Positions 32,229-45,961 of a stretch of DNA of 64,000 nt are shown piece after piece. The position numbers and the translations under genes were made by a program. Source of the stretch: Eledone cirrhosa (lineage: Eukaryota); contig OZ024750.1 in assembly GCA_964016885.1 (NCBI GenBank), positions 13,392,001 through 13,456,000 of the forward strand. The letters run 5' to 3'. Below the pieces are notes generated by a model, which saw only the letters and a program-made list of their open reading frames with translations, made no database searches and was not told the origin of the DNA. Position 1 is the stretch's first letter. Each line of letters opens with the position of its first letter.

Positions 32229-33239
32229 TACTTTACTATCAATTAAATAAGTAATATTAATATTAATACCGGCAATTAAATTAACACATTCAACATAAGA
32301 AGAAGCACAACTAGGAGACGTGATGCACTCAATGTCACTTTCTAGAAAACTTCATCTCATAAAAATATTAAATTATAAACACGTTTGTAATTTTTATATT
32401 CATTTATAATTGATCCAGGAATAGTTGATAAAATAATAATTAATTTTAAATATGATTTTAAATATATTTTGAAAACTAAGAAAAATGCCGAAACAATTCC
32501 TTCATAAATAGTTGTTTTGAATTTCTAATCATCATACTTATTAAATTCAATTTTATATATATATTAACAAAAAAATTATTTACATTATCTTAAAAAAACA
32601 TCTAAAATTTACAGATTGGTTTATGAAGATTTTTAAGAAAATAAAACAATTGTTTTACTCCAAATAAACATAATCTCAAATAATAAAAATATTTACTCTT
32701 ACTTAAAATTTTAAAATATAATAGATTAAATAAGTATAATACTAGTACAATAGTATAGTTAAATATAAAGTAAAGCAATTAATGTAAATACAAATCTATC
32801 AACAGCCGTTTATTTTATGGAACTATTTTAGAGATACACCGCCTAAATAGTGAAATACTTCGTGTGATTGCATCAGTTACTTTTATCGATCTCTTCGGAT
32901 ATCTTATCTTTTTCAAACTAAGATATGTAGGAATCTTTGACTGTAGATATTGAAATAGGAAAACTAAAATATCTTATCTGTTTCACCACATTCATTCTGT
33001 ATATTATACATGTTAGGGTTAAGATCCTTTCATTTGCGCGTAGAAATAATGTGTGAATGTAAAATAAGGAATGGACTTCTGTCGGTTTTGACGATGAGTG
33101 TTCCAGTTGTTCTTAGAATTAAAATTTAACAGGTTGAGCATTACACAGACACGTGTACCCTTAACGTAATTCTCGGGAAGGTTCAGCGTGACAAAGATGT
33201 CAATTTTGATTACAGTCGTAGTTCATCCGACGAGTTTCC

Positions 33240-33580
33240 TTCTTCGCCTACTTAATCCTGAGAGGGTCGTGGGGACAGAGTCTTCAAACACTCGGGTCCT
33301 GTCAGAAGCAACCATCTCCAACTGATCCACCTGGCTCTCCAAGCAAGACCAGCCAAACTCATGGATGTTATCTAACCATTTTGGTCGGGGTCTACCCCTG
33401 GGTCTTCTGTCGGTTGGTTTTGCCCGTAAAATGTGTCCAGTATTTTTTTAGATATTCGGACTTCATGTCCATAGTATCGGAGCTGTGATCTCTCAATTCA
33501 GAGAAGTAGCAGCTCTACCTGGAACGACTCTTTAATCTCCGTGCTATACACTCTATCAAGTAATATTACTCCACAGTTGG
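33240..33580 (-). mobile_element. RTE-like LINE 3' fragment between VARS and PTGES2
   Basis: Minus strand IKESFQVELLLL*IERSQLRYYGH. Confidence 0.7.
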
Positions 33581-34342
33581 AAATAAAGTGAATGTGGGGT
33601 TTTCTTGTCTCTTTGCCGAACCTAAAATAAAAACAATGAGCTCACTTTCATACAAATATGTTAATACTAACATTATATATAAACAGTTAGCTAACTCCTG
33701 AATGTACCAAAATTCTTGCTTTGGGATTTCAATAAACAAAAACGTAAACGAGGCACTTTTGAAGAGAACCAGAGTTATTCCCCTTTAGTTGCGGTAAAAT
33801 TAAGCAAATAAATAATTATGTAATTTAATATAATTAAATATGTATCCCCATTGCTATATTTTACCAGTCTATCTTCTTGGTGCCATACTGTCTCACCCTA
33901 GCCACCCAGTACCGTAGTGTGCCGCGAGAGCTCCGAAGTGCCATACTGCGGCACAGTAACTTTAAAGTGCCATATTTTCCACCCTATCTCCTCATCGTTA
34001 CACGGACTGATGATTCGGCTTTTATTTATATAGACTATTTATAATTTAAGCTTTGTTTGAATAATGAATATATTTCACAAAATATTCAGTTTATAACGGT
34101 GATTAAGGCAATATTTAGTTTGGATAATATCAAATTGTTTTAAAAATTGAAGTAAAATTCTTACTTGGAATATTATATTAATATATATCTTCATAAGATG
34201 TTAAAAATTCTTGAAAATGAAAACTCTGATCTGAATAAAATTCTATATTTCTAATTATATTTGTATATATATTTTAACAGTGCCAAGCATTTCTGTAAAG
34301 AAAATTGGAAAGAGTGCATCACGCGAAGGTTTGCTCTCAAGC

Positions 34343-34707
34343 ATGGCTATCCGTTTAGGACGACAGTGCTTGTGGAATAACTTTCACAAGCTAGATAACC
34401 AATATCTACAGAAAAATTACCTTCTGTTTAGAAAGACTGCTACAGTAGAGAAAATTAATCATGCTAAATATTGGAAAGGTCCTACTCGTAATTACTCCAA
34501 CAAGAAGCTATTTATTCGTGGATCTTGTATTGTTGGAGTGACATCGTTGATATGTGGTTCATATTATCGTCATATACACAGCAATTCTATATTCAACTTA
34601 CAGAATGTGGTGGAGGCTAAAGAAACTGGTTTACCTCAATTTAAAATTGCCAGATCGGTATGTGAGATGTCTTTCTCTTTAATATAAATTTATAAAGAAT
34701 GTATAGA

Positions 34708-34751
<44 letters not shown>

Positions 34752-37700
34752 ATTAATGATTTACACACATATCCACACGTGTATTTACACATTCTTATGT
34801 TCATCTGTTATAAATCTGAAAATATTAATAAATACCTATAACAGAAAATTATAATATAATATATATATATTTGTGTGTGGGGCACTTGTTTCTTTTTCAA
34901 TACTAAACAATATTGGAAAAGCGAAGTCTGCAATTTTATCCTTGAGCTTTGAAAGTCACATTAACTCTCTTCTAAACATGACAAAAATATATAAAACAAA
35001 CATTACGAAGTGTAAAACTGACGACATTTATCTCAGATGATTGCTATCTTGTATTATCGTCTTTCAAAGATTTATTATCGTTCTGTATATTTTTATATCG
35101 GTTTTATTTTACTACAAAGGGGATTGTAGATTCATATTATAACATATCTTTGCTGTTACATAATCAATCACCACATTATTTTGTCAACATCGAATTCAGT
35201 TTTCCAACTGATGGTTAATTATTCCAGTGATTCACACATTCGTATTCTCATCAAAGCGGAATTAAGTATTAAATATCTAATTTGGTTAATTAACTAACCC
35301 ACTTAATGTACCAAATGAACTTACAATAATTCTTCATGAAACAATCGTCTCTCTCTAAATTTAAACCAAGAAGTTACATGAATAAATATTTAGATTCGAA
35401 GAATTAAAGAAGCTCTAATCATCCCTTTTCTGTCTATACTTGATATGGCTAAAAATACAGAAACTAAGCTTGTATATTTATTAGATATTTTCTAGAATTA
35501 TAATGGAAGGGTTTTAGATAAATATAAACACTTTAAAATAAACAGTTATGTATCATAGAACCAGGATTGTTTGGAACATAACTTAACAAAGTTTCTTATA
35601 TAAAATTATAAAGGAAGGTTTTTAGATAAATATAAACAGTTATCATAGAACCAGGTGTGTTTGGAACATAACTTAACAAAGGTTCTTATATAAAATTATA
35701 ATGGAAGGTTTTTAAGTAAATATAAACACTTAAAAATAATGTATCAGAACCTGGGGTATTTTCTGGCGGTTTAGTGTGGAAGGGGTTAAACTGTTCAATT
35801 TTTTGGTTGTTTTTAACTGCATTTTTTTTCTATATTTTCTTCATACTATTTCTAACTTATTCACTATTTATCATTCACAATTTTCTTCTTCATTGTTTTA
35901 AAATTTTTATTATATTAGTAAAGCAAAGTCTAACATTTATATTTTTCTTTTTCATTTTTTAACCAGATAAAGAACAAAAACCATCCACTTGATGTAAAAC
36001 TGACTCTTTTCCAATACCAAACATGCCCTTTTTGTTGTAAAGTACGGGCCATGCTAGATTATCGAGGTTACTCATATGATGTCATTGAAGTCAACTCTAT
36101 TTGGAGAACTCAAATTAAATGGTCCAAATATAAAAAAGTTCCAATACTGGTATGTGAAGGTATTGGAGAAGACAATTATTTAGTAAGTTAACTAAATATA
36201 ATTATTTTTAAGCCACAAATATTCTTGGAAAATAGATTGAACACACTTAACTCTTTAGCATTTCCATTCTTCTATATTTACTATTGTATTTTTACAGTAA
36301 AGGCTTTATCTCACATTATATCGAATCTATGAGATTTTGATATTATATATTTTGAGAACAATACATTAACATAAGTATAAGTGCCCAGTTACAACCGATT
36401 TGAGCAGAAAGAGGTGAGAGAAATTTGGCAGGATACAACCAGTTCAAATGTTAAAGAGTTAATTTATTAACCATTTCACTTATTTGAAACAAAATCAGTA
36501 TTTTTTGTATTTGTCTTCTTCGATCCCTGGCGATTGGCGGAGGCTGTCCTCTCAACCAGTATGCTGCTGTGGGTGCTGATTGATGATGGACATTCCCAAG
36601 CCCGGCTGCAAAAGGGGTAGTGATGGTATAGTGTGATGATATATAGCACATTGTCTGAGCTGTATCACTGACGTAGTGATATATACCACACTGTCTGAGC
36701 TGGTATAATTAGGGTAGTGATATATACCACAGTGTCTGAGCTGGTATAATTAGGGTAGTGATATATACCACAGTGTCTGAGCTGGTATAATTAGGGTAGT
36801 GATATATACCACAGTGTCTGAGCTGGTATAATTAGGGTAGTGATATATACCACAGTGTCTGAGCTGGTATCACTGGGGTGGTGATATATACCACACTGTC
36901 TGAGCTGGTATAATTAGGGTAGTGATATATACCAGTGTCTGAGCTGGTATAATTAGGGTAGTGATATATACCAGTGTCTGAGCTGGTATAATTAGGGTAG
37001 TGATATATACCACAGTGTCTGAGCTGGTATAATTAGGGTAGTGATATATACCACAGTGTCTGAGCTGGTATAATTAGGGTAGTGATATATACCACAGTGT
37101 CTGAGCTGGTATAATTAGGGTAGTGATATATACCACAGTGTCTGAGCTGGTATAATTAGGGTAGTGATATATACCACAGTGTCTGAGCTGGTATAATTAG
37201 GGTAGTGATATATACCACAGTGTCTGAGCTGGTATAATTAGGGTAGTGATATATACCATACTGTCCTAGCTGGTATCACTGGGGTAGTGATATATACCAC
37301 ACTGTCTGAGCTGGTATAATTAGGGTAGTGATATATACCACAGTGTCTGAGCTGGTATCACTGGGGTGGTGATATATACCATACTGTCCTAGCTGGTATC
37401 ACTGGGGTAGTGATATATACGACACTGTCCTGGTTGGTATCACTGGGGTAGTGATGGTGTAGGTTAATATCAACACATACATCCTGTTTATTGACTGTCT
37501 CTATATCATACATGCTTCTCTAGATGTAAAAATAAGGGACTAGCCTTTTTCTTATAAAATTGTCAGTAATAATATATAGCAGACATTTGTTCAATTCTAT
37601 TAGGTTCCAGAAAATAATTATTGGAAATCCTGAGTTCCAGTTCAATAGTCATGTCCCAAGGCAAAATAAATCTCAATGATCTGTTATTAGTGTCAGCTGC

Positions 37701-40700
37701 ACAATATAATCAGGGCGGTGGATTGGCAGTATCGGTAGAGGGTCTGACGCCATGCTTTGCAGCAAAGAGTTACGGCCCTTTATGGTCTGAGTTCAAATCC
37801 CGCCGAGGTTAACTTTGCCTTTCATTCTTATGGGGTCGATAAAATAAAGCACCAGTAATACACTGGGATAATTGCTGGCCTTGTGCCAAAAGTAGAAACA
37901 ATATAATCAGCTTTTCAAGAAAAATAATTATTTTATGCCAGGAAATAACTTTGCTAATTATCTATTTTGCATTTCTAATTTGGAACTTTAAAAAGTAAAT
38001 TTTTAACTCATTTGAAATTCTATGTTAGATGAATTTCTTCTCAGATATCAGTTCATTAATTATTCATACCAAATAATTGAAATTTCATAATTCTGTTTTA
38101 ACAAATATATTTTTCATTTCTTTCTAGCAAGTTAACGATTCATCTGTCGTAATAAGTTTGTTTGAATCACATTTATGGGATACTAGTCAATCAGTAGAAA
38201 AACTATCAACATATTTTCCTGTAATTGAATCAAAAAATGAAAAGGGTAAAACAGTATATGACTTTCCTAATAAATATTTCATCATGTTTCAAGATGGTAC
38301 TGCTTATGGAACTGACCAATATCTCAAGTAAGTTTATTTCAATATGCTTTCATCAACTACCATTTGTTAAATATTATTTTTTTTCCTTTTATAAATCTTT
38401 TCTTTTTTTAAGTTATTCTATGAGCAATTCTATGTATGATGTAATTTCAGAACTTTGCAGCTTTCAGTATGAAAATGAGCTGGAAAATAATGAAATGATT
38501 TATCATTGCTCTGAGGACTCTGCTGTGCCACTGCTAAACTGTAATAACAATCAGCAGTTAGATCATCATTGTTTAACGTCTATCTTCAATGCTAGCATGG
38601 GTTAGACGGGAATTGTCCCACTTAAGGCAAGATTGGTCAGGTGACCATGTCTGGCTCGTATAGGATTGTACCTGACAGGTTTTCTATGGCTGGGTGGCCT
38701 TCCTAACACCAGATATGCCTGTTAATATTGAAGCATATCAATTACTGGTTAGTCTGAAGTCTGTCTCGAATCAGGAGGCTCATCAGGCCAATGCTTATTC
38801 CAGTTTCCGTTGCATGAAGTAGCTAAGAGTACAAGGCTCCTCCCTGGATAGGACACCAGTACATCACAGAGTAAAACCCTCAGCTATTGCTGGTATTCGT
38901 TTTCAGCTGAGTATATTGGAACAATGTTAAATAAAGTGTTTTGCTCAAGAACACAACACACAACTCAGACCAGGAATCGAACCCATGACTTTATGATTGT
39001 AAGTCCAACACCCTTACCACGAGGTCATGCGCCTCCACAATTACTGATTAGGTGAGAATTCAATTAAATCCAACTGTTGAGTATCTCTGTTCACATCATT
39101 GGCAAGATAGAAATATAGTTTATCCTTTATCATGAGTCATTTCAATAGTATTTTTTTTTTATTTCATTTCAAATGAACACAACACAATTTCCATATACAT
39201 ATTATATTCTACCTACCTGTAGTGAGCACATTTTTAAGGAATGATTGAATTTAACTGAAAATATTTGAATTTAATCTAGCGATAAATTCAAATTATTAAA
39301 ACCTTTTATATAATTTATAACTTCTTTCTCAGTGTTCATTCTTACTATTTCATTTTACTCTTCAATTTTCATCTTTTTGATATTATTTAATTTGCAAGAA
39401 ATGTATTTTTCCTCTCCTTTCCATCATTAATATTATCTTTGAATATTTATTATACCAGTAATTTCAAATATCCATTTCAGAAAAGAACGAAAGTGGCGCA
39501 AATGGGTGGATGACAGCCTTGTTCATACATTGTCTCCAAATGTTTACCGAACACCTTCAGAGGCTCTGCAGGCTTTTAAATATTTTGAAAATATTGGTGA
39601 TTGGAAAAATAATTTCTCAAAGCTCGAGTGTTTCTGTATTGTATATATAGGGGCTACTGCAATGTATTTTGTTAGCAAGATATTAAAAAAAAAGTAAGTA
39701 GTAACATTTTCAATTACCTGTTTTAACCTTTTCATGACTGCATTTCTATATTTTAATATATTAATGAAGAATTTCAAGGGATTTACTAAACTTATTAATC
39801 ATTTCATTAGTAAATTAGTAACTTAATGTAAGGTTCTTATGTAAAATTATGTTGGAAGATTTGAATTTAAATTGGAAACCTTTAAAATGGGTGACTTTAT
39901 TTCATAGAATCAGAACCAGTTTTGGCCAGGTTAATAACTAAAGGGTTAATGACTAGTTTTCAGTTTTTTGTTAATGCATTAATTTGTTTGTGTAAATCTG
40001 TTGGGTTAATTTATAACAATAAGCTGATATATTTTAGAAAACAAATAAAAAATGGATGCCTAACTCTCTGGTGCTGCATTGAATCTTAAATAAGGCAGCA
40101 TATTACTTTACTTGTCCTCTTGATCTGGTGGCTACCTCACCACTTGGTCATCTCTGATTAGATAAACCTAAAAATAAGACTTTTCAGATACAATACCTAG
40201 GACCACAACATCCGGTGTGTCCATTTTTATGACTATAGAGCATGATGAGAGGGGAAATTGACTGCTAATAGAGGTTCCCTCCTTGGTCTTCTACCTCTTG
40301 TGTAGAAAGGGAAGTATCCATATCAATTCATGGATATTTATCTAAATTTGGAGAACCATCCAAAAAACTCCATTACAATGTTTTGTAACTATGTTGTCAC
40401 AAAATATTTATTTGATTACAGGAATTATCTATTACTTTTTTTTTTACATTTATGCTAATGTTTGTTATGGCAGCTTATTTGTTTTATTTGTGCCTTTTAA
40501 TTATTAGTTACCTGACAATTTTTCTGTGATGCAGAAAATTTAGCTTTTGGGTTTTTTTATTTCTGACTTATTCAAATAATATTTTATTTAGATACAAGCT
40601 CCACGATGATGTACGCTTTTCTTTATACGAAGCTTGTCGAGAATGGAATAATGCTTTAGACAAAAAACCATTTATGGGAGGAAATTCTCCAAATTTAGCA

Positions 40701-42213
40701 GATCTAGTAAGTACTAGTAATTATTCCAAATGCATTGAATTATATGCAGATTTAATTCTAAATAAGTGATCTAGGTGTCACGACAAAAAAAAAACACAGT
40801 CCACGCTGTAATGTGGCCGTGTAGATAACACGGTAAAAAGTTCTGTTCCACACTGTAAATGTGGTTGGTGTTAGGAAGGGCATCCAGCCGTAGAAAACCT
40901 GCCAGATAGTCCTATATGAGCGAGACACGGTCACCCAACCAACCTTGCCTCAAGTGGGACAACTCCCGTAGAAGATGGACGTTAAACGGAGATGATGAGC
41001 TATACTTTCATATCTGTGAGTGGGGTGTTTTAATTAAAAGATGTTCATTATTCTCAGCCAACAATTTATCTCACAATCTCTTCAGAACAGAACTCTAAAG
41101 GCTATATTGCAAATATGGAGTCTCATGGATTTTGCAGTTAAAAGGAATATTTAGTGCCTGGTATGGTCATACAGAATAACATGCTGAGTTTTCTATATCA
41201 ATCCTAATGTATTATGTGAAGATGTGGTCCTATTATATCAATTAGAAAATAGTAATAATAGTAATTTATTGGTAAGTACTTCAGAAAGTTGGTACAATGT
41301 AATTCATTTTTTACACAGTATATTTCAGGGCTAATGCCCCCTTTTCAAATGCAAAAAAAAAAACGAATGTTGTGTTCTTCCTTAACTATTCCAAGTGTCT
41401 GGATTGTCTATGTGTGGAACAGTCTTAGAGGCCACTATGACTGTTCCACACATAAACAATCCAGACACAATATAGTTCTGATCTTTTGTTTATTGTGGCA
41501 GACTATACAAAGCAGAAGAGCATTATTTGTTTTTCTGATAGTTGTCTTGTAGGCAGTGGAAAGGTAAAAGACCCTCAATTGCTGATGGCATACGTCACTT
41601 GTACTACTGAATAAATTTGACTTGCTTTTTGGCAGGAAGGTGTTTACTCAGAGGCCAATCAAGACCTTTCAAGTTATGCACCGGGTATGATTTAAGGGAT
41701 ATTTGGCTGCTATTTCTAACAGGTCAAGCAACCACAGATATGTTCTTTTTACTTGGTTTTGTAAAATATCAGTTTCTAATGTTGGCAGTCAAAAATATCT
41801 AACATGATTTTAAGAAATTCCAACAACTGTCTGCTCAATGGTTTCTTATTTCAGATAATTCAGTTAACCTACTTTTGTTATTCACCTGATGAACTCGCAG
41901 CCATCTTTAAAATATGGCACTTTATTCTAACAATTTGTGAGACTCTTCCTAAAATTTAGTGATATATATTTTAGAAACAGAACTTTTGAATCAAAATTTA
42001 AATATCTATTTACTTTATTTTGCTTATACATTAAAGTAATTTTTTTACTTCAATTTTTTTCAGTCAGCTTATGGTGTGTTGAGTTCAATAGAAGGATGTA
42101 TAGCATTTCAAGACTTGCTCGAAAACACGAAAATAGGTAAATGGTATTATAGAACAAAAGAAGCTGTCCTTAATCATGAAGGAGCTGGTTTACATAACCA
42201 ATTTAGGGAATAA
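34343..42213 (+). CDS. PTGES2: Prostaglandin E synthase 2 (mPGES-2, glutaredoxin/GST fold), 6 exons, about 402 aa
   Basis: Exons 34343-34657, 35967-36182, 38128-38327, 39481-39693, 40592-40706, 42064-42213 (1209 nt, phases consistent). Motifs LTLFQYQTCPFCCKVRA (CPFC), YKKVP, VNDSSV, ERKWRKWVDDSLVHTLSPNVYRTPSEALQAF, FMGGNSPNLADLSAYGVL. Basic N-terminal leader followed by a hydrophobic segment. The start ATG is inferred, and an acceptor at 34279-34280 suggests an upstream non-coding exon. Confidence 0.93.
36615..37456. repeat. 41-bp minisatellite, about 20 units (PTGES2 intron 2)
   Basis: Unit GTAGTGATATATACCACAGTGTCTGAGCTGGTATAATTAGG. Central copies are identical. Confidence 0.93.
37712..37902 (+). 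mobile_element. Full-length family A SINE with 13-bp TSD (PTGES2 intron 2)
   Basis: Intact head AGGGCGGTGGATTGGCAGTATCGG, B box and tail. ACAATATAATCAG at 37701-37713 and 37898-37910. Confidence 0.88.
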
Positions 42214-45200
42214 TCTTGAAGAAACTTGCTGGATTTCAAAATATGTAATCATAGATTTCATATTAGATTCCTGGAAAAAACAAACATGGAACTTTGTTAG
42301 GCTGTTTTTGTTGTTTTTTTTTAATAAAAAAAAATGTTTTAATATAGATTATATTTAGTGTTGTTTTATGTCGGAATGTGGTCATGTGGTACCACCTGGA
42401 TTTATATTGAACCGCTAAGTTATAAATGCATATGGTAACACACACACACATACATATATATAATGGGCCTCTACAGTTTCTGTTCCAAATTCCACCCTCA
42501 AGGCATTGGTCAATCTGAGGTTATCATTGCCTAACATGCCATGCAGTGTTAACTCTTTAACCACTCAACAAGGCCTATCTGTGACCACTTTTATATATAT
42601 TAAGATAGAATCAGTTTAAAACTAGTTAGACCATTACTCAACAGAGTACTCAATACAGCTATATTATAAAGAGTTGGGACCTAACGGCTAAGCTCTTGCT
42701 GTTTAGACAGGTAGTTCCATATATATATCCCAATTGACATCAAAGATATTTTATAATTGAAATAACCATACATTTTAATCTTCTGCATCATAATTTCCTA
42801 ATATTTACATGGCTCTGATATGTTTCTTAATCTCTAAACAAGGATACTTAATGAAAGGAGCTGATGATACTTGACAACTGAAGTTAATATGTTGTATTCA
42901 TGGCGTTCAAACTGTTTGACATGAGTTTCTTATTCCTGTAATCTTTCAGCTGGAATATAAGATATTTGTCACCTTGGTATCTATTTCCTGAACTTAGCTG
43001 TCACCTTGTTATAAAATAGAATAAAAATAAAAGGAGTCTAATTTCTTTTTACTTGAGATATAATAGTAAATTTATTCCAAATATATTGCTAAGAACATTA
43101 TCAAATATAAAAATCAAGTTTCTATTATTACATTAACAAGAACATCAATATATTTGTATCGGAGTTGTACTTGCGTGGCAAGTGACTTGATTCTGTACTG
43201 AAACTGTAGTAAAGACTTGGTAGCCATTTAAAATACAAATCCTGTTATATTCACTCATTTTAATTCCTGTTATATTTTATACATCTATGACACTATCAAG
43301 AAATAATGGAATAAAACAAGTGAATGTAACATATATCAATATATATATATACATTGTTTAGCCTTATATCACTTTCCACATTATATACAATGCTTCAAGC
43401 AAACTACATTTTAATATCAATATATATTAAGGGGAAAATATTATAATCCATTCCTTGCATTTCAATGGAAGATCTGTATATTCCTACTAAAAAAAAAACC
43501 ATACAAATAAAAAAAAAAAATGTTTGTTTATCATAATTAAATCTATCTGTATTTAATGTGTAATTTTCTCCAGGTAAAAATACAATTAACCACCTGGAGC
43601 ATAACACAGACATTTCCATCCATAATCCTAAATTTATCCTCCATTAAATAAAACTATTCAAAGACTAGCACAATATTCCAAACATGAACAGTTCAATAAT
43701 ATTAGCATTTTCATTGTCTTTTGGTGGAAATTCTTCAAATTTGGTAAATCATTTTGTCAACTAATTGTAACAATTATCTCCCAGCACAATATTTCATGTA
43801 TTTACAAACATTACCAAAAAAGGTTTCACTGATTTTATTTAACCATTCAGTTACCAACCCGGCCAAACTGGCTCTGGTTCTATGAAATAAAGCCACCCAA
43901 CATAATTTTATATAAGAACCTTACATTAAGTTACTATCTTACTAATGAAATAAGTAATAATTTTAGTAAATCTCTATTAGAGTGTATTTCATTAGAAATG
44001 CAGTCATGAAAGGGTTACGATATAATCTGTGGTCTGTACCACATAAGACTGCATCACAGTAAAAAGTAAAGTCTTTAGTTAAGTAAATTTTCACAAAGAT
44101 ATGTCCACTAGTAGAGATACTACAAAGATTTGAATTAACAAACCTGTTTTTAGATATTTTCTGTCAAATTATTACAGGATGTTAAGAGTTAAAATGTACT
44201 TTAAGTTTATTGAAAAAATTCAATAAACTTTAAAAAATGTTTTCCATTTTTGTAAACTTCACCGAAGTGTCACAGCCCAATAAAGTTGGGAATATGTTTT
44301 GAAATTCAATAAATTTAGAAACACCATTTGTAAGAGATCCTAAAACCCATCAGAACATTTTAATTTATTAATAAATATAAGAATTCATCTATTACGGTAA
44401 AACAGAAACTTCAAATCAACTGAAGAAAATAAATAAAGCTAAAGAAAAGATTTCAAAGAGGCATTTTAGATATGTAATAGTTTGTTAAACATGACTGAAC
44501 TATTAATTTACTTTCAACATAGGGGTTGCTGTATAAATAGGTTCCTCTGCATGGAACAAATACTTATTTCTGCTGAATATTCTAGAATCTTTAGGTTAAA
44601 AAGTGGTAGTGGGTAAGGTAGGGAATGAGTGGAACCACTATTAAGTCTGCAAGTAAGAGGACAGCTGATTTAATAATGCTTTCTTTATTTTTTATATAAG
44701 CATGAAGCCTCAGGTTTTTAATAGGAGCCCAAATAGTTGTGACATTTATGCTCTTCTCTCGATCAATATGAAAACAGTTAGAAATTAGAATCATAACAGT
44801 GTCATAGACTAAGCTAACAAAGAATTTACAGTTTATATGAGAAAACCTGCCATAACTAATATATTTTACACAAGTTCCTCAAGTTTAAGAGAAAACAGGA
44901 AATCACATCTATACCTTTCACAAGTGACTGAACACTTCATTAAGGAACCTATGTAATGATTTAGTATACAAGCAGTAAGCCTTAAAATTATAGAAGGTAA
45001 ATGAAATGTTTTAACTATCCCAATAAAACTATAGAAGGTAAATTAAATGTTTTAACTATTCCCAATAAAATTATGGTTACAAATGAAACCCTTTTAACTG
45101 GGTCACATCTTCCAGGTAAGAAATAAGATCACTGCAGTATTAGTCTCCATAATAATTTTAAAAAAGAAGAAAAGTAATGGAAGAAAAATACAACAGATTG

Positions 45201-45961
45201 TTCTAGGAAATTATTTTCATCTAATTTAGATAAAAATATTTAAATTTAATTCAATTTCTTTCAAATAATTGTGTCAACACTCTTCAAAAATGATCTAGTA
45301 ACGTTTATAACAGAGTGTATATGTGTATGTTGGACCTCCATCACTTCTAACGAGTGTTCCAGTTGTTGAAACAATGGAACGGTCTGAAATTAAAGTGCAA
45401 GTGGCTGAGCATTCCAAAGACATGTACACCTTTAATGTAATTCTCATCTCAGGGAGATGTGTGTGACAATGCCTGGCTCTTTGAATTACAAGTGCAACTC
45501 ATTTTTGCCAGCTGAGTGGATCGGAGCAATGTGAAATAAAGTGTCTTGTTCAAAGAGACAGTGTACTGCTGAGAATCAAACTCAAAACCTTATGGTTGAG
45601 AGTTAAACATGCTAACCACTAAGTCATGCACCTTCACTCAGTATATACAATATATTAATATTTTATATAAGAATATTGAGATAACCATCACCAGTCTTGT
45701 AGCTAATTATATACTAGATACTTTGATTTTCACTAGGTAAACATATTGCACAAAGGATCAATTAAATTCTACCATCTTGAATACACTGGACTGGAATGTA
45801 TATAGAGAAAGACCATAGTTACATAAAACCTATTTTGTTAGGTTTAATGGTCTTTCAATGGAGTATTAATGACATGTAAATAATGCATTCAATTTACAAA
45901 ACCAGAATTAGATTTTGGAATGTTTGCTAACTTAAATAATGCCTCGTCTGATAATCAGTGT

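Noticed and set aside
36615-37456. CRISPR-like array of palindromic repeats (also the 48-bp and 41-bp arrays in VARS introns)
   Set aside because: Units are contiguous with no unique spacers, there are no cas genes, and the context is eukaryotic introns. These are minisatellites.
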